This document shows, piece after piece, positions 28,296 through 37,706 of a stretch of DNA of 53,832 nucleotides. Where the stretch lies: NCBI GenBank assembly GCA_018054505.1, contig JAGPJJ010000001.1, forward strand, positions 1 to 53,832, given 5' to 3'. Origin of the DNA: Prevotella sp. Lineage in GTDB: Bacteria; Bacteroidota; Bacteroidia; Bacteroidales; Bacteroidaceae. Numbering within the stretch: the first letter of the stretch is position 1; every line of letters begins with the position of its first letter. The translations under genes were made by a program, and so were the position numbers. Below the pieces are notes generated by a model that saw only the letters and a program-made list of their open reading frames with translations, did no database searches and was not told the origin of the DNA.

Positions 28296-29120
28296 ATGAA
28301 ACAGCAAAAAGTTCTAACTTTCAAGACTCTAAATAAGAGCAACGTTTGGGATATTCAGGAGAATGACGTTTATAGAATGTGGGAAGCTGCTGAAAAAGAA
28401 GCAGACCTAAAGGATAATGTGCGCAGATATACTGACATTATCAGAAGCGCATTCGAAATTGAAGAAATCAAATCAGAAAACCCAATCGTAATTTCAAAAT
28501 ATGAAGAACGTGGATTTAAGATAGGCTACGTTAAGGTTGATGAAAATACAAAGATGAAATGGGCTATCAAGAAACGTCCTATAATGAGAGTCACCGACCT
28601 TACTTATGAAAACATTCGTCATATTTCGGCAACAAAGCTACTTGAAGTTATTGATCGCAACTTCGGAGGTGGCTGGGATAGCCTTTCTCAAAGCATTCAA
28701 GATATTATCGAGAGTGGTTTTGATATAAGTACGACTACATTGCCACAAGACAGACTAAAGAAAGTCGGTGGAATGTATGATAAGAAAATTAAAGACGGAT
28801 TTGAAGTTCTTGAAATTCCAAAAGGTAACTGGGTAGAAGCAATCTTCGCTAAAGAAAAGCCAGAATTTGAAAAGCCTAAGAATAAGTTTGAATCAGAAGA
28901 CGGATTCGAGAGTAATGAAGACGAACTTGAAATTGAAGAAGAGAATGATAATGAGGACGAGGATGTTGTTGTAGAAGATCATTATAACGATCCAGATGAA
29001 GAAGACGATCTTTTTGATGAAGACAAGCTAACAGAAGAAAGCTATAGAACAACATACGATACTGACCCTGAAGCTCTTGACCTTGAAGCTACAGAAGTTA
29101 GTGATGATGATGATTTTTAA
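28296..29120 (+). CDS. Hypothetical cytoplasmic protein with long acidic C-terminal tail
   Basis: 274 aa ORF with its own promoter and terminator; last ~80 aa dominated by D/E. Confidence 0.85.
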   Translation: MKQQKVLTFKTLNKSNVWDIQENDVYRMWEAAEKEADLKDNVRRYTDIIRSAFEIEEIKSENPIVISKYEERGFKIGYVKVDENTKMKWAIKKRPIMRVTDLTYENIRHISATKLLEVIDRNFGGGWDSLSQSIQDIIESGFDISTTTLPQDRLKKVGGMYDKKIKDGFEVLEIPKGNWVEAIFAKEKPEFEKPKNKFESEDGFESNEDELEIEEENDNEDEDVVVEDHYNDPDEEDDLFDEDKLTEESYRTTYDTDPEALDLEATEVSDDDDF

Positions 29121-29139
29121 ATATTACTTTATATAACAT

Positions 29140-29172
29140 AAGAGTTCATTTAATTATGAACTCTTTTTTTTT
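29140..29172 (+). terminator. Intrinsic terminator
   Basis: AAGAGTTCAT / ATGAACTCTT followed by a long T-run. Confidence 0.85.
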
Positions 29173-29275
29173 GCCCCTATTCTTCACTGTTTAAGGTATT
29201 TCCTTTATCAAATAATTAAAAGTCTATGCTTGATAGACAAGCATACCCCATTAAGCAAAAATCTATTCATAACAT

Positions 29276-29313
29276 AAAAAAAGAGTCCCATCTGAAGTAA
29301 ATCAGATAGGACT
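29276..29313 (-). terminator. Intrinsic terminator after ppiD
   Basis: AGTCC-c-ATCTGA / TCAGAT-a-GGACT with T-run on the minus strand. Confidence 0.75.
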
Positions 29314-29344
29314 TAAATTATGATTTTAAAAACTCTTCTTTAGC

Positions 29345-31486
29345 TTAGAAGAATAAATATCTATTGTCAACAACGTTTGCCTTGATATAAAGCTCATTCA
29401 TGAAGTTACCAGCATATTGCATTGCCTTCTGACGAAGTTTCTGCTCCATTGACTTATCATCGAACTTAGCAGGACGATTAACTCTGTTTACAACCTGGAA
29501 GACATAAACACCAGCATTACCCTTAACAGGCTTGCTAGAGAACTTGCCTTTAACTGTTGCAGCAACAGCACCACTTACAGCAGGCTCACTTGCACCAGTT
29601 AGAGATACAAATACAGGAGCTGCAAAAGTAACCTGACTTACAGTAGCAACACGTGCACCCTTAGCCTTAGCAGCACCAATACTATTTATACCATTTGCTT
29701 TAGCCATTAGCATCTCAGCCTTCTTATCTTTCATAACTTCAGCCTTTACCATTTCCTTTACACGAGGATCGTTAAGTGAACGGTAACCAACTTCATTAAT
29801 CTTTGTAAGAGCAATAATAAGCAAATGATCATTGTCACCACACTCATACATTGGAGAAAGAGCACCTTCCTTAGCATCAAACAACCACTTTAGTGCATCA
29901 CGTGTTCCGTGAATGTTTGCAAGATAATGAGTTGAAGTTGTTACATCAGAAGCTTCCTGAACTCTATAACCATATTTTGCAGCATTCTTTAAAATATCAT
30001 TAGCATTCTGGTTTGCGCTTACGAAAGAAGCAAACTTATTATAAGCAGCACTGTATGAATCTCTAGAGAATTCAATATTCTTCTTTATTACAGCAGCTGT
30101 ATACTTATCAGTCATTCCCTTGCGGTCTAAAACCTGTAGAATGATATTACCTTGAGTAAGAGCTATATTCTTGGTTTCATTAGCAGCCATTGTATTAAGG
30201 CTATTAATAAAGTTCTTTGTATCATTGTCCATAGAAGGAGCACTCTGATACTGCTGAGTAGTCATCCAAGTCTTCTGACCTTCCTGACGATACTTCTTAG
30301 CAAGAGCCTCAAAATCTGCGCCATTCTTTAAAGCTGTGTAAACAGAATCAGCTGTCTTGTGAGCAGCGGCAGGATTAACACCAGCAATCTGAATCTGCCT
30401 GTATTGAACAGAATCTGGAAGTTGTTGCTTAGCTACTAAACGAACAATATTAAGAGAATTATCAGCCTTGTCCTCGAACACACCAGTTGTCTGACCAACA
30501 GTCATTGTTGCAAGTTTAGCTGCGATATCACTAGGGAAAGCTGTCTTTCCTACAGGAATACCTAGATAATTGATTGAAGAAGTGCTCTTACGAACTACAG
30601 CATCAGGATCAGTAGCTGTTGCTAAATCTTTAGCATAACCAGCAAACTGTTTCTGCAAAGCCATGCGGTCTGCAGCAGAAGCCTTAACTTGTACATCAAC
30701 ATACTTAATGTCACGGCTTTCAACATACTGCTTGAAACGAGGCTTTAGCTCATCATATTTTGCCTTCAAATCATCATCTGTAATCTTAACCTTGTCATCC
30801 TGAATAGAACTGTAAGGGAAAGCAGCAAGCTGAATTTGGCTCTCCTGATTCTCATCCTTGAAAGCCATCTTAGCTTCGATAGGATTAGAAAGGAAACAAT
30901 GAGAAAGAAGACCTTGATACTTCTGTGCAAGTGTCTGCTGACGAAGTGTCTTCTCGATGAAAGTCCAATACTTGTATATTGTCTCATACTGCTGAGCAGC
31001 CTGTGGGTTTGTGCTCTTCTGAGAATCATACTCTGCAAGGAACTTCTGCAATGCATTTGCATCGAAACGTCCAGTCTGTTGATTAACGAAAGGAGTTTGA
31101 AGAAGCATAGGGTTTGTTCCGTCCTTAAGGATATTCTGCATTTCTGCATCTGTGACCTTAAGTCCAAGCTTCTTTGCTTCATTCTCAACAAGTTTACTCT
31201 GAACATAAGTATTCCAAACCATGTCCTTAACTTGATTCAACTGTTCGTCGTTAAGAGACTGCGTGCCTTGTTGCATCTTAATAACATCGCTGTACTCATC
31301 AACGAGTTTCTGGAAGTCGTTAACATTAACTTTCTCTCCAAGGACTTCACCAACCTGCTGGCGTTCGTTGTTACGAGAAGACTCGCAAGAACGGAAAGCC
31401 TCTTCGGCGATGAACGCAAAAAGACCAAAACCGATGATACACATCAGTATGACGCCTCTGCTTCTAATTTTTCCTAATGCTGCCAT
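29345..31486 (-). CDS. ppiD: PpiD-like membrane-anchored periplasmic chaperone (SurA_N + rotamase)
   Basis: N-terminal TM (IIGFGLFAFIAE), SurA-N (EAKKLGLKVTDAEM), degenerate parvulin (GADFEALAKKY), C-terminal VDNRYLFF. Confidence 0.85.
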   Translation of the reverse strand: MAALGKIRSRGVILMCIIGFGLFAFIAEEAFRSCESSRNNERQQVGEVLGEKVNVNDFQKLVDEYSDVIKMQQGTQSLNDEQLNQVKDMVWNTYVQSKLVENEAKKLGLKVTDAEMQNILKDGTNPMLLQTPFVNQQTGRFDANALQKFLAEYDSQKSTNPQAAQQYETIYKYWTFIEKTLRQQTLAQKYQGLLSHCFLSNPIEAKMAFKDENQESQIQLAAFPYSSIQDDKVKITDDDLKAKYDELKPRFKQYVESRDIKYVDVQVKASAADRMALQKQFAGYAKDLATATDPDAVVRKSTSSINYLGIPVGKTAFPSDIAAKLATMTVGQTTGVFEDKADNSLNIVRLVAKQQLPDSVQYRQIQIAGVNPAAAHKTADSVYTALKNGADFEALAKKYRQEGQKTWMTTQQYQSAPSMDNDTKNFINSLNTMAANETKNIALTQGNIILQVLDRKGMTDKYTAAVIKKNIEFSRDSYSAAYNKFASFVSANQNANDILKNAAKYGYRVQEASDVTTSTHYLANIHGTRDALKWLFDAKEGALSPMYECGDNDHLLIIALTKINEVGYRSLNDPRVKEMVKAEVMKDKKAEMLMAKANGINSIGAAKAKGARVATVSQVTFAAPVFVSLTGASEPAVSGAVAATVKGKFSSKPVKGNAGVYVFQVVNRVNRPAKFDDKSMEQKLRQKAMQYAGNFMNELYIKANVVDNRYLFF

Positions 31487-31627
31487 TACTTTAAATTTGT
31501 TTTTATTTTTAGTTATTTTATTTTCTTTACTTTATACTCAAAGTGCCTACAAAAATAACAATAAAATAGCAAACGGCCCAATTTTTCATGTAAAATTTGT
31601 ATATTAAGGTACTTTTTCACAGTGTAA

Positions 31628-32899
31628 TTAGCTTATACTCAATCTCACCAGTTCAATCTTTGTCATAGACCCCTTGACTATTTTGAAAGAGTATTTACCA
31701 ATTTTCACAACTTCATTTAGTTTTGGAAAACTTTGATAATGATAAAGTATGAAACCACTGATCGTTTTATATTCTTCACTTTCAGGTATTTTCAAATCAA
31801 ACATTTCGTTTACTTTCTCTATTTCTAGTCGTGCAGAAAGCATATATTCCCCATCAGCTGTCTTTTGTGCAATATATTTATTACTATCATGTTCGTCCTC
31901 TATATCACCGAATATCTCCTCAACAATATCTTCTAAAGAAACAATACCACTGGTTCCTCCAAATTCATCTACAACAATTGCAAGACTTCTTTTATCGCAA
32001 AGAAAAATCTTCATTAGTTTACGAGCAGTCATAGTTTCTGGCACAAAAGGCATCTTACAAATTGACGAATGCCAATCTCCAGAAGTATTGCGGAACATTT
32101 CTGATGAATGAATGTAACCATCAATATGGTCAATATCATCATGATAGACAATTATTTTACTATTGCCACTCTCAATGAATTTTTGCATCAGATCTTCTTT
32201 GGAACAATCGTATTCAACGGCATTGATTTCAGTTCGTGGAATCATACAATCACGAACCTTTATATCTGAGAATTCCAATGCATTTTGAAAGATCTTAACC
32301 TCATCTTCTACATCGTCTTCATCCTTGGCATTATCAATGCTTGATTGAACAAGATAATCAAGATCAACCTTTGAAAATTCATCTCCAGCTTGTTCTTTTT
32401 TAAGCTTCACGCCCAAGACACGTAAAATCCCTTTCGACAAAAATGTTGCAAAGCGACTTACAGGCCAAAGCAAAACATAAAACAAATAAGCTAAAGGAGA
32501 GAAAAATTTCAACAATCTATTTGGATTACTCTTAAAAAGAGTCTTCGGAAGAAACTCTCCTGTAAAAAGTACGATAAGAGTAGATAATACGGTATCTGCA
32601 GGAACAGTAAAAGCTGCATCCATTCCATTAAATATAGTTGAGTTGAAAAGTTTGGCAATCATAATACCATAAACAACTAAAACTATATTATTTCCCACAA
32701 GCATTGCACTAACAAAATCGTTAGGATGCTTATAAAACAAATCTGTGATACGAGTAGACAAGCCGTTTTTTTCCTTATCCATCTCAAACAACATTCTGTT
32801 GCCAGAAACGAAAGCTATCTCCATACCTGAGAAGAATGCAGATAAAAGCATTGATATTAAAATGCCTAATACTAACAATATGTCTACCTGTTCTGTCAT
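31628..32899 (-). CDS. HlyC/CorC (CNNM-CBS) hemolysin-family protein
   Basis: SAFFSGMEIAF, GEFLPK, MIPRTEI, VVDEFGGTSGIVSLEDIVEEIFGDIEDEHD. Confidence 0.93.
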   Translation of the reverse strand: MTEQVDILLVLGILISMLLSAFFSGMEIAFVSGNRMLFEMDKEKNGLSTRITDLFYKHPNDFVSAMLVGNNIVLVVYGIMIAKLFNSTIFNGMDAAFTVPADTVLSTLIVLFTGEFLPKTLFKSNPNRLLKFFSPLAYLFYVLLWPVSRFATFLSKGILRVLGVKLKKEQAGDEFSKVDLDYLVQSSIDNAKDEDDVEDEVKIFQNALEFSDIKVRDCMIPRTEINAVEYDCSKEDLMQKFIESGNSKIIVYHDDIDHIDGYIHSSEMFRNTSGDWHSSICKMPFVPETMTARKLMKIFLCDKRSLAIVVDEFGGTSGIVSLEDIVEEIFGDIEDEHDSNKYIAQKTADGEYMLSARLEIEKVNEMFDLKIPESEEYKTISGFILYHYQSFPKLNEVVKIGKYSFKIVKGSMTKIELVRLSIS

Positions 32900-32907
32900 T
32901 ATTTATT

Positions 32908-33621
32908 TTAGTGCGTCAATGGTATTGACGTATTTCTGCGCTGTGGAGTTGCAATTGGATGCTGTGCCTTCATAATAGAATCCTGCGCTTTTCGAGCAGA
33001 ATCAGTATTAGCCCCAGGAGTAGCAGTTGTTCCATCGTTACTAAAATCATTTTTCTCGAAAGAACCTCTTGTATTTGTTACGATATATTTTGTCATTTTC
33101 TCGTCACTTCTGAAAAAGTTTCCCTGCAGAGTACGCTCTTTAGTTACGAGTTTTGAGAACACGTAAGAATAAAGTTCATGCTTGTTTTCATCCCAAAAGA
33201 GTTGCTGACTTGAAAAACGTATACCGTCCTTTGTCAATATTCTAACTCGAGAACGAAGTTCCCATAATTTTATCTGATCATAATAATAAGCTGTATCACA
33301 CTGAATAAAAGACTGTACATGGAATTTTTCATCAAATTGTTCCAAAAATACACCTTTCTTAAATAACCAACGTGAAGGATGAAGATTTGTATTAACCTCC
33401 CACTCTTCTGTTATAATTCTGTATTTTGCAACACCTGAATCAGAAATTAAAGTATTAACTCCGTAACTTGTCATTACAGCAACAGAGTCACGTGCATGAA
33501 TAGCCGGTGCTGTATGCTCATGCTGCTCCTCGCATGAAACGAAGAACAGCAATGCCGACAATATTATAATTGATGATATTGATTTCAATTGTGTATATGG
33601 AATTTTTACTGAACCTTCCAC
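32908..33621 (-). CDS. lptC: LPS export periplasmic protein LptC
   Basis: LISDSG, IQCDTAYY, LWELR, QLFWD beta-jellyroll pattern; lipobox-like FFVSC. GTG start overlaps the upstream gene by 16 bp, so the start is uncertain. Confidence 0.8.
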   Translation of the reverse strand: MEGSVKIPYTQLKSISSIIILSALLFFVSCEEQHEHTAPAIHARDSVAVMTSYGVNTLISDSGVAKYRIITEEWEVNTNLHPSRWLFKKGVFLEQFDEKFHVQSFIQCDTAYYYDQIKLWELRSRVRILTKDGIRFSSQQLFWDENKHELYSYVFSKLVTKERTLQGNFFRSDEKMTKYIVTNTRGSFEKNDFSNDGTTATPGANTDSARKAQDSIMKAQHPIATPQRRNTSIPLTH

Positions 33622-34907
33622 TTAGCAAACCAACGCTCGTTAAAGGTAAATCCTATATTAATACGAAACGTGTTCTCTTTTATAAGTCCCACAGCTTCTT
33701 GTTTTGTCCAAGTGCCGCTGATGTTAAGATATGAACGATTATTCCATCCGTTTATAATTGGAATTCCGAAACCAGCACTAATTCCATATTCTTTTGGACC
33801 ATCCTTTTCATTAATCTTATAATAAGGTGTAGCATAAGAAGCACCAATATTGTATTTTACATGATCCATGAAATGACGTCCATTTTCATCAGGACAGTAA
33901 GTTGCACCAACAGTGATTTTACTACGGTTTTTGTAGATACCACTAACCAACTCATAATTTTGTTTACCATCAGATTGAAGAGTTGACATTGGATATCCAA
34001 TACCAGAATACTTCATAAGAGAATAATCCACGCCTAATTTAAGTTTATTAGCACGATTATACATTATACCCACTCCGTATGTTGTAGGTAATTTCAATCC
34101 ATTTGAAATTGATACTGACGTAGTATCAGAAACACCTGTACTAGTATTTCTAGAAATAGTCTGACACTTTGGATCAGCTCCTAATTTATGACCATATCCA
34201 TATGTCAAACCTAGAGTAATATTGTCTGTATGGCTTATCTTAGCTGTATATTGCAAACCTAAGTCAAGTTTGTAGTTATTAACTGTGGCTGTGTAATATT
34301 TAGAAAGTGTATTAATATAAGCGTTACTATATGAATTCATGATAGAGCGCTCGTAGTTTCCCCAAAGGTATCCCAAATTGAAACCAACAGACAATCCTTT
34401 AATTGGTTCAAAACCTGCACCTAAATATACTTGATGAAGACCACCTGTTCCACTAAACGTATTGGTATATGTTGTAGGACTAGATACCTGATTAAGTTTA
34501 TTTGTTGAAGAATAACTGTAACCAATGTTAGTATAAGGCAGAACACCAAAGCTAACACCGAAATGCTTTGCAAGACGAAATCCAGCAACAACATAATCGA
34601 GATCAGCATTGCTAGCATTCTTCTTAACTCCATTTTCTTGGAAATTAGTAACCTGTCCAGAGAATCCCGCATCAAAAATAAATGACAGAGAATCAATAGA
34701 CGCATATGAAGCAGGGTTAAGAGTATTTACCTGATTATGCTCATGGAAACCTAAGCCCAACCCGTTCATACTACGACTGAACCCTGTTCCATTATCAGAT
34801 AAAACACCAAGACCATACTGGCTATATGGTGAATTCGTGCCACTTTGGGCTAAAGCTGTTGATGCAAATGCAGCCATCAAAGCAGCGCACAATATTAGTT
34901 TTTTCAT
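33606..34907 (-). CDS. Outer-membrane beta-barrel, FadL/OmpP1-like
   Basis: Signal peptide, NSPYSQYGLG, NPASY (FadL-type NPA), amphipathic strands, C-terminal FNERWF. Confidence 0.75.
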   Translation of the reverse strand: MKKLILCAALMAAFASTALAQSGTNSPYSQYGLGVLSDNGTGFSRSMNGLGLGFHEHNQVNTLNPASYASIDSLSFIFDAGFSGQVTNFQENGVKKNASNADLDYVVAGFRLAKHFGVSFGVLPYTNIGYSYSSTNKLNQVSSPTTYTNTFSGTGGLHQVYLGAGFEPIKGLSVGFNLGYLWGNYERSIMNSYSNAYINTLSKYYTATVNNYKLDLGLQYTAKISHTDNITLGLTYGYGHKLGADPKCQTISRNTSTGVSDTTSVSISNGLKLPTTYGVGIMYNRANKLKLGVDYSLMKYSGIGYPMSTLQSDGKQNYELVSGIYKNRSKITVGATYCPDENGRHFMDHVKYNIGASYATPYYKINEKDGPKEYGISAGFGIPIINGWNNRSYLNISGTWTKQEAVGLIKENTFRINIGFTFNERWFAKWKVQ

Positions 34908-34928
34908 ATTTTTCTAAATAATCGCTTG

Positions 34929-34989
34929 CAAAATTATCAAAAAAAATAGAAATAAATGCACGTTAAGTCAGAAATATAAGTTATTTTTG
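34929..34989. promoter_or_regulatory. Divergent promoters for the OMP operon and lnb operon
   Basis: Minus TAATTTTG (34936-34929); plus TATTTTTG (34982-34989) 4 nt before the GTG start. Confidence 0.6.
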
Positions 34990-34993
34990 CATC

Positions 34994-36199
34994 GTGAAAC
35001 GTTTTAAATATATTTTTATAAGCTCATTGGTTGTTTTTTTACTGTCTTTAACAAGTAATGTTAAGGCACAGCAATATTCTAATAGCAACAAAAATGATTC
35101 TATACAAATAAGTCTATTGACTTGCGGTCCTGGTGAGGAAGTTTATTCTCTCTACGGACACACAGCCATAAGGTTTCATGACTTAAAGAATAATCAGGAC
35201 CTTGTAATCAATTATGGCATGTTTTCTTTTAGTCAAAGATTTTTTATTATCCGTTTTGTTTTCGGACTTACTGATTACGAAATGGGAATTATGCCTTTTG
35301 ATGCTTTCATGGAAGAATACGAAAGTGAAGGAAGATGGGTTAAAGAACAGGTATTAAACATTCCATTGCAAGACAAAATGAAAATTGCAATGGCAATCGA
35401 AAATAATTATTTACCTGAAAATAAAACTTATAGGTATAATTATTTTTATGACAATTGCACTACTAGAGCACGAGATATCTTGATTAAGAACATTAGTGAA
35501 AATGTAGAAGTCAAAGATAATCAAAGCGTTAAAAGTTCATATAGAAAAGAAATACACAAATGGAATACCAACCACTGTTGGGCCCGTTGGGGAAATGACC
35601 TTTTACTTGGAGTAAACGCAGACAGAAGCATAGATAGAAAGGAGCAACAATTTCTTCCAGATAATCTAAGTAAAGACTGGAAGACCGCTACCATAAAATA
35701 TACTGATGGAAAAGTGTATCCTTTTATCAGTCAAGAACATTATTTAATAGGCAAAACATTATCAACTAAAGATAGTGCACAGAATTCAAACATATTCAAT
35801 CCATACACCCTTATCGGTGCTATCATATTGGTAATACTATTAGCGAGCTGGAAAAAGACAAGCCATCCGCTTCCTTATAAAATAGTAATGTTTTGTGTAT
35901 GGCTTACGACAGGACTTTGCGGAATCATCATTACAGCAATGATATTTAGTCAACACCCTACCGTGAGTCTCAACTTCCAGATACTCCTTCTAAACCCACT
36001 AAACCTAGGTATGCTTATTCCGGCATTAGCACGCAATAAAAAGTATAATCTCATAATACTTACGTGTTTGATTTTATTTATGCTCGGAGGTATCATACAA
36101 AGTTATGCTGTCGGTTTGGAATATTTGGCATTTATTTTGCTAATTGTATCTCAACGTGATTTAATATCACAATTATTAAAAAGCAAAAAACAAAAATAG
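34994..36199 (+). CDS. lnb: DUF4105 protein, Lnb-like lipoprotein N-acyltransferase
   Basis: Periplasmic domain with YSLYGHTAIR and YRYNYFYDNCTTR (His/Cys pair), then about 5 C-terminal TM helices, matching the Bacteroides Lnb architecture. Confidence 0.75.
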   Translation: MKRFKYIFISSLVVFLLSLTSNVKAQQYSNSNKNDSIQISLLTCGPGEEVYSLYGHTAIRFHDLKNNQDLVINYGMFSFSQRFFIIRFVFGLTDYEMGIMPFDAFMEEYESEGRWVKEQVLNIPLQDKMKIAMAIENNYLPENKTYRYNYFYDNCTTRARDILIKNISENVEVKDNQSVKSSYRKEIHKWNTNHCWARWGNDLLLGVNADRSIDRKEQQFLPDNLSKDWKTATIKYTDGKVYPFISQEHYLIGKTLSTKDSAQNSNIFNPYTLIGAIILVILLASWKKTSHPLPYKIVMFCVWLTTGLCGIIITAMIFSQHPTVSLNFQILLLNPLNLGMLIPALARNKKYNLIILTCLILFMLGGIIQSYAVGLEYLAFILLIVSQRDLISQLLKSKKQK

Positions 36200-37584
36200 T
36201 GAACAGATATATTGCCATATTAATAGCAGCGCTAACATCAGCAGAAATGCAGGCTTTCCAGCTTGCACCACGCCTTGTTGTCAATATTACCATTGATCAA
36301 CTGCGCTCAGACTATATTGAAGCATTCTCTCCACTATTTAATCAAGACGGCTTTCGTAAACTTATGCAGGAAGGCAAAGTTTACGAAACCGCAACATATC
36401 CTTACAAGCCTGTGACAGAGGCATCAGCTATCGCTACTATAGCTACTGGTGCAACACCCTATTATCATGGAATAGTTTCACAACAATGGCTTGACAAGAG
36501 TACACTAAGACAAATTTATTGTGTAGACGACAATAGATATGGAGCTTCTCCAGCAAATCTTAAGACATCGACAGTAAGCGATGAAATGAAAATTTCTTCA
36601 GCTGGTTCAAGTATTGTCTACAGTATTGCGGCAGATAAGAGTTCTGCCATACTGTCAGCAGGACATGCGGCAGACAATGCTATATGGTTTGATGTTACCA
36701 AGAGAAAGTGGCAAACAAGTCCATATTATGGTGCATCACCAAGATGGTTAAACAATGAAATATATTCACACGACATAAACAACGACGATATTGCAACAAA
36801 AGCTGGAGAAATTGTCAGTAAGGCCTCAATGGGTACTGACAATATCACAGATATGTTGTCTATAACGTTGTCGGCAGCATCTTCTGATGACGCCAGTGGA
36901 AATTGGCAAAACAGGATGCAAAGTGTTTATACCAAACTTGACAACACTCTTAGTAATCTTGTAAAATCAATAGAGAAATCTATCGGCAAGGAACATGTAA
37001 TATTCGTAATTACAAGTACTGGGGCTGAAACTGACGACGACAACAATTATGCATTATATAGAATTCCAACAGGAACATTTTATATTAATAGGACTGCAAA
37101 CTTATTGAATGTCTATATCAGTGCAATCTATGGACAAGGAAACTATGTTGACGCAGTATTCGGAAATCAGATATTTCTTAATCATAAATTAATAGAACAG
37201 AAACGTCTAAGTCTTCGTGAAGTCGAAAATAGATGTAAGGAAATTATAGCGCAGAGTGCAGGAGTGTCAAATGTCTACACTAGTGAGCAATTGCTTGCTG
37301 GAGGAAATGAAGACATGAAGAAAATACGCAATGCGTTCTGTCCTAGCGTTAGCGGAGACATCGTTATAGATGTCACACCAGGTTGGAAACTTTTAAACGA
37401 AAATACACAAGAAACATATATTAGTCGCACTGCTGTTATTCCATTTCCTATTATCATATACGGAATGGGCATAAAAGCTGAGCGAATTACAACACCGGTA
37501 ACGGTAGACCGAATTGCGCCTACCATTGCAAAAAGCATTCGTATCAGAGCGCCAAACGCATGTGAAAGCAGTCCTTTATTCTAG
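36199..37584 (+). CDS. Alkaline-phosphatase (PafA/NPP) family protein, catalytic residues degenerate
   Basis: PRLVVNITIDQLRSDY, ATIATG..HGIV, AILSAGHAAD, DRIAPTI; GTG start overlaps the lnb stop (TAGTG). Confidence 0.85.
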   Translation: MNRYIAILIAALTSAEMQAFQLAPRLVVNITIDQLRSDYIEAFSPLFNQDGFRKLMQEGKVYETATYPYKPVTEASAIATIATGATPYYHGIVSQQWLDKSTLRQIYCVDDNRYGASPANLKTSTVSDEMKISSAGSSIVYSIAADKSSAILSAGHAADNAIWFDVTKRKWQTSPYYGASPRWLNNEIYSHDINNDDIATKAGEIVSKASMGTDNITDMLSITLSAASSDDASGNWQNRMQSVYTKLDNTLSNLVKSIEKSIGKEHVIFVITSTGAETDDDNNYALYRIPTGTFYINRTANLLNVYISAIYGQGNYVDAVFGNQIFLNHKLIEQKRLSLREVENRCKEIIAQSAGVSNVYTSEQLLAGGNEDMKKIRNAFCPSVSGDIVIDVTPGWKLLNENTQETYISRTAVIPFPIIIYGMGIKAERITTPVTVDRIAPTIAKSIRIRAPNACESSPLF

Positions 37585-37706
37585 AAATTACTGAATAAGG
37601 GATAATGGATTGTATCCAAAGTTTTCATTAACATTGTGCATATTACTGATTAATTTTCGTATTTTTGCACAATAATACTATAAAAACAATAAAATTACAA
37701 TAGAAT

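Noticed and set aside
29222-29245. Extra hairpin TATGCTTG-ataga-CAAGCATA between two terminators
   Set aside because: Short and isolated, with no promoter or second copy seen; not enough to call a feature.
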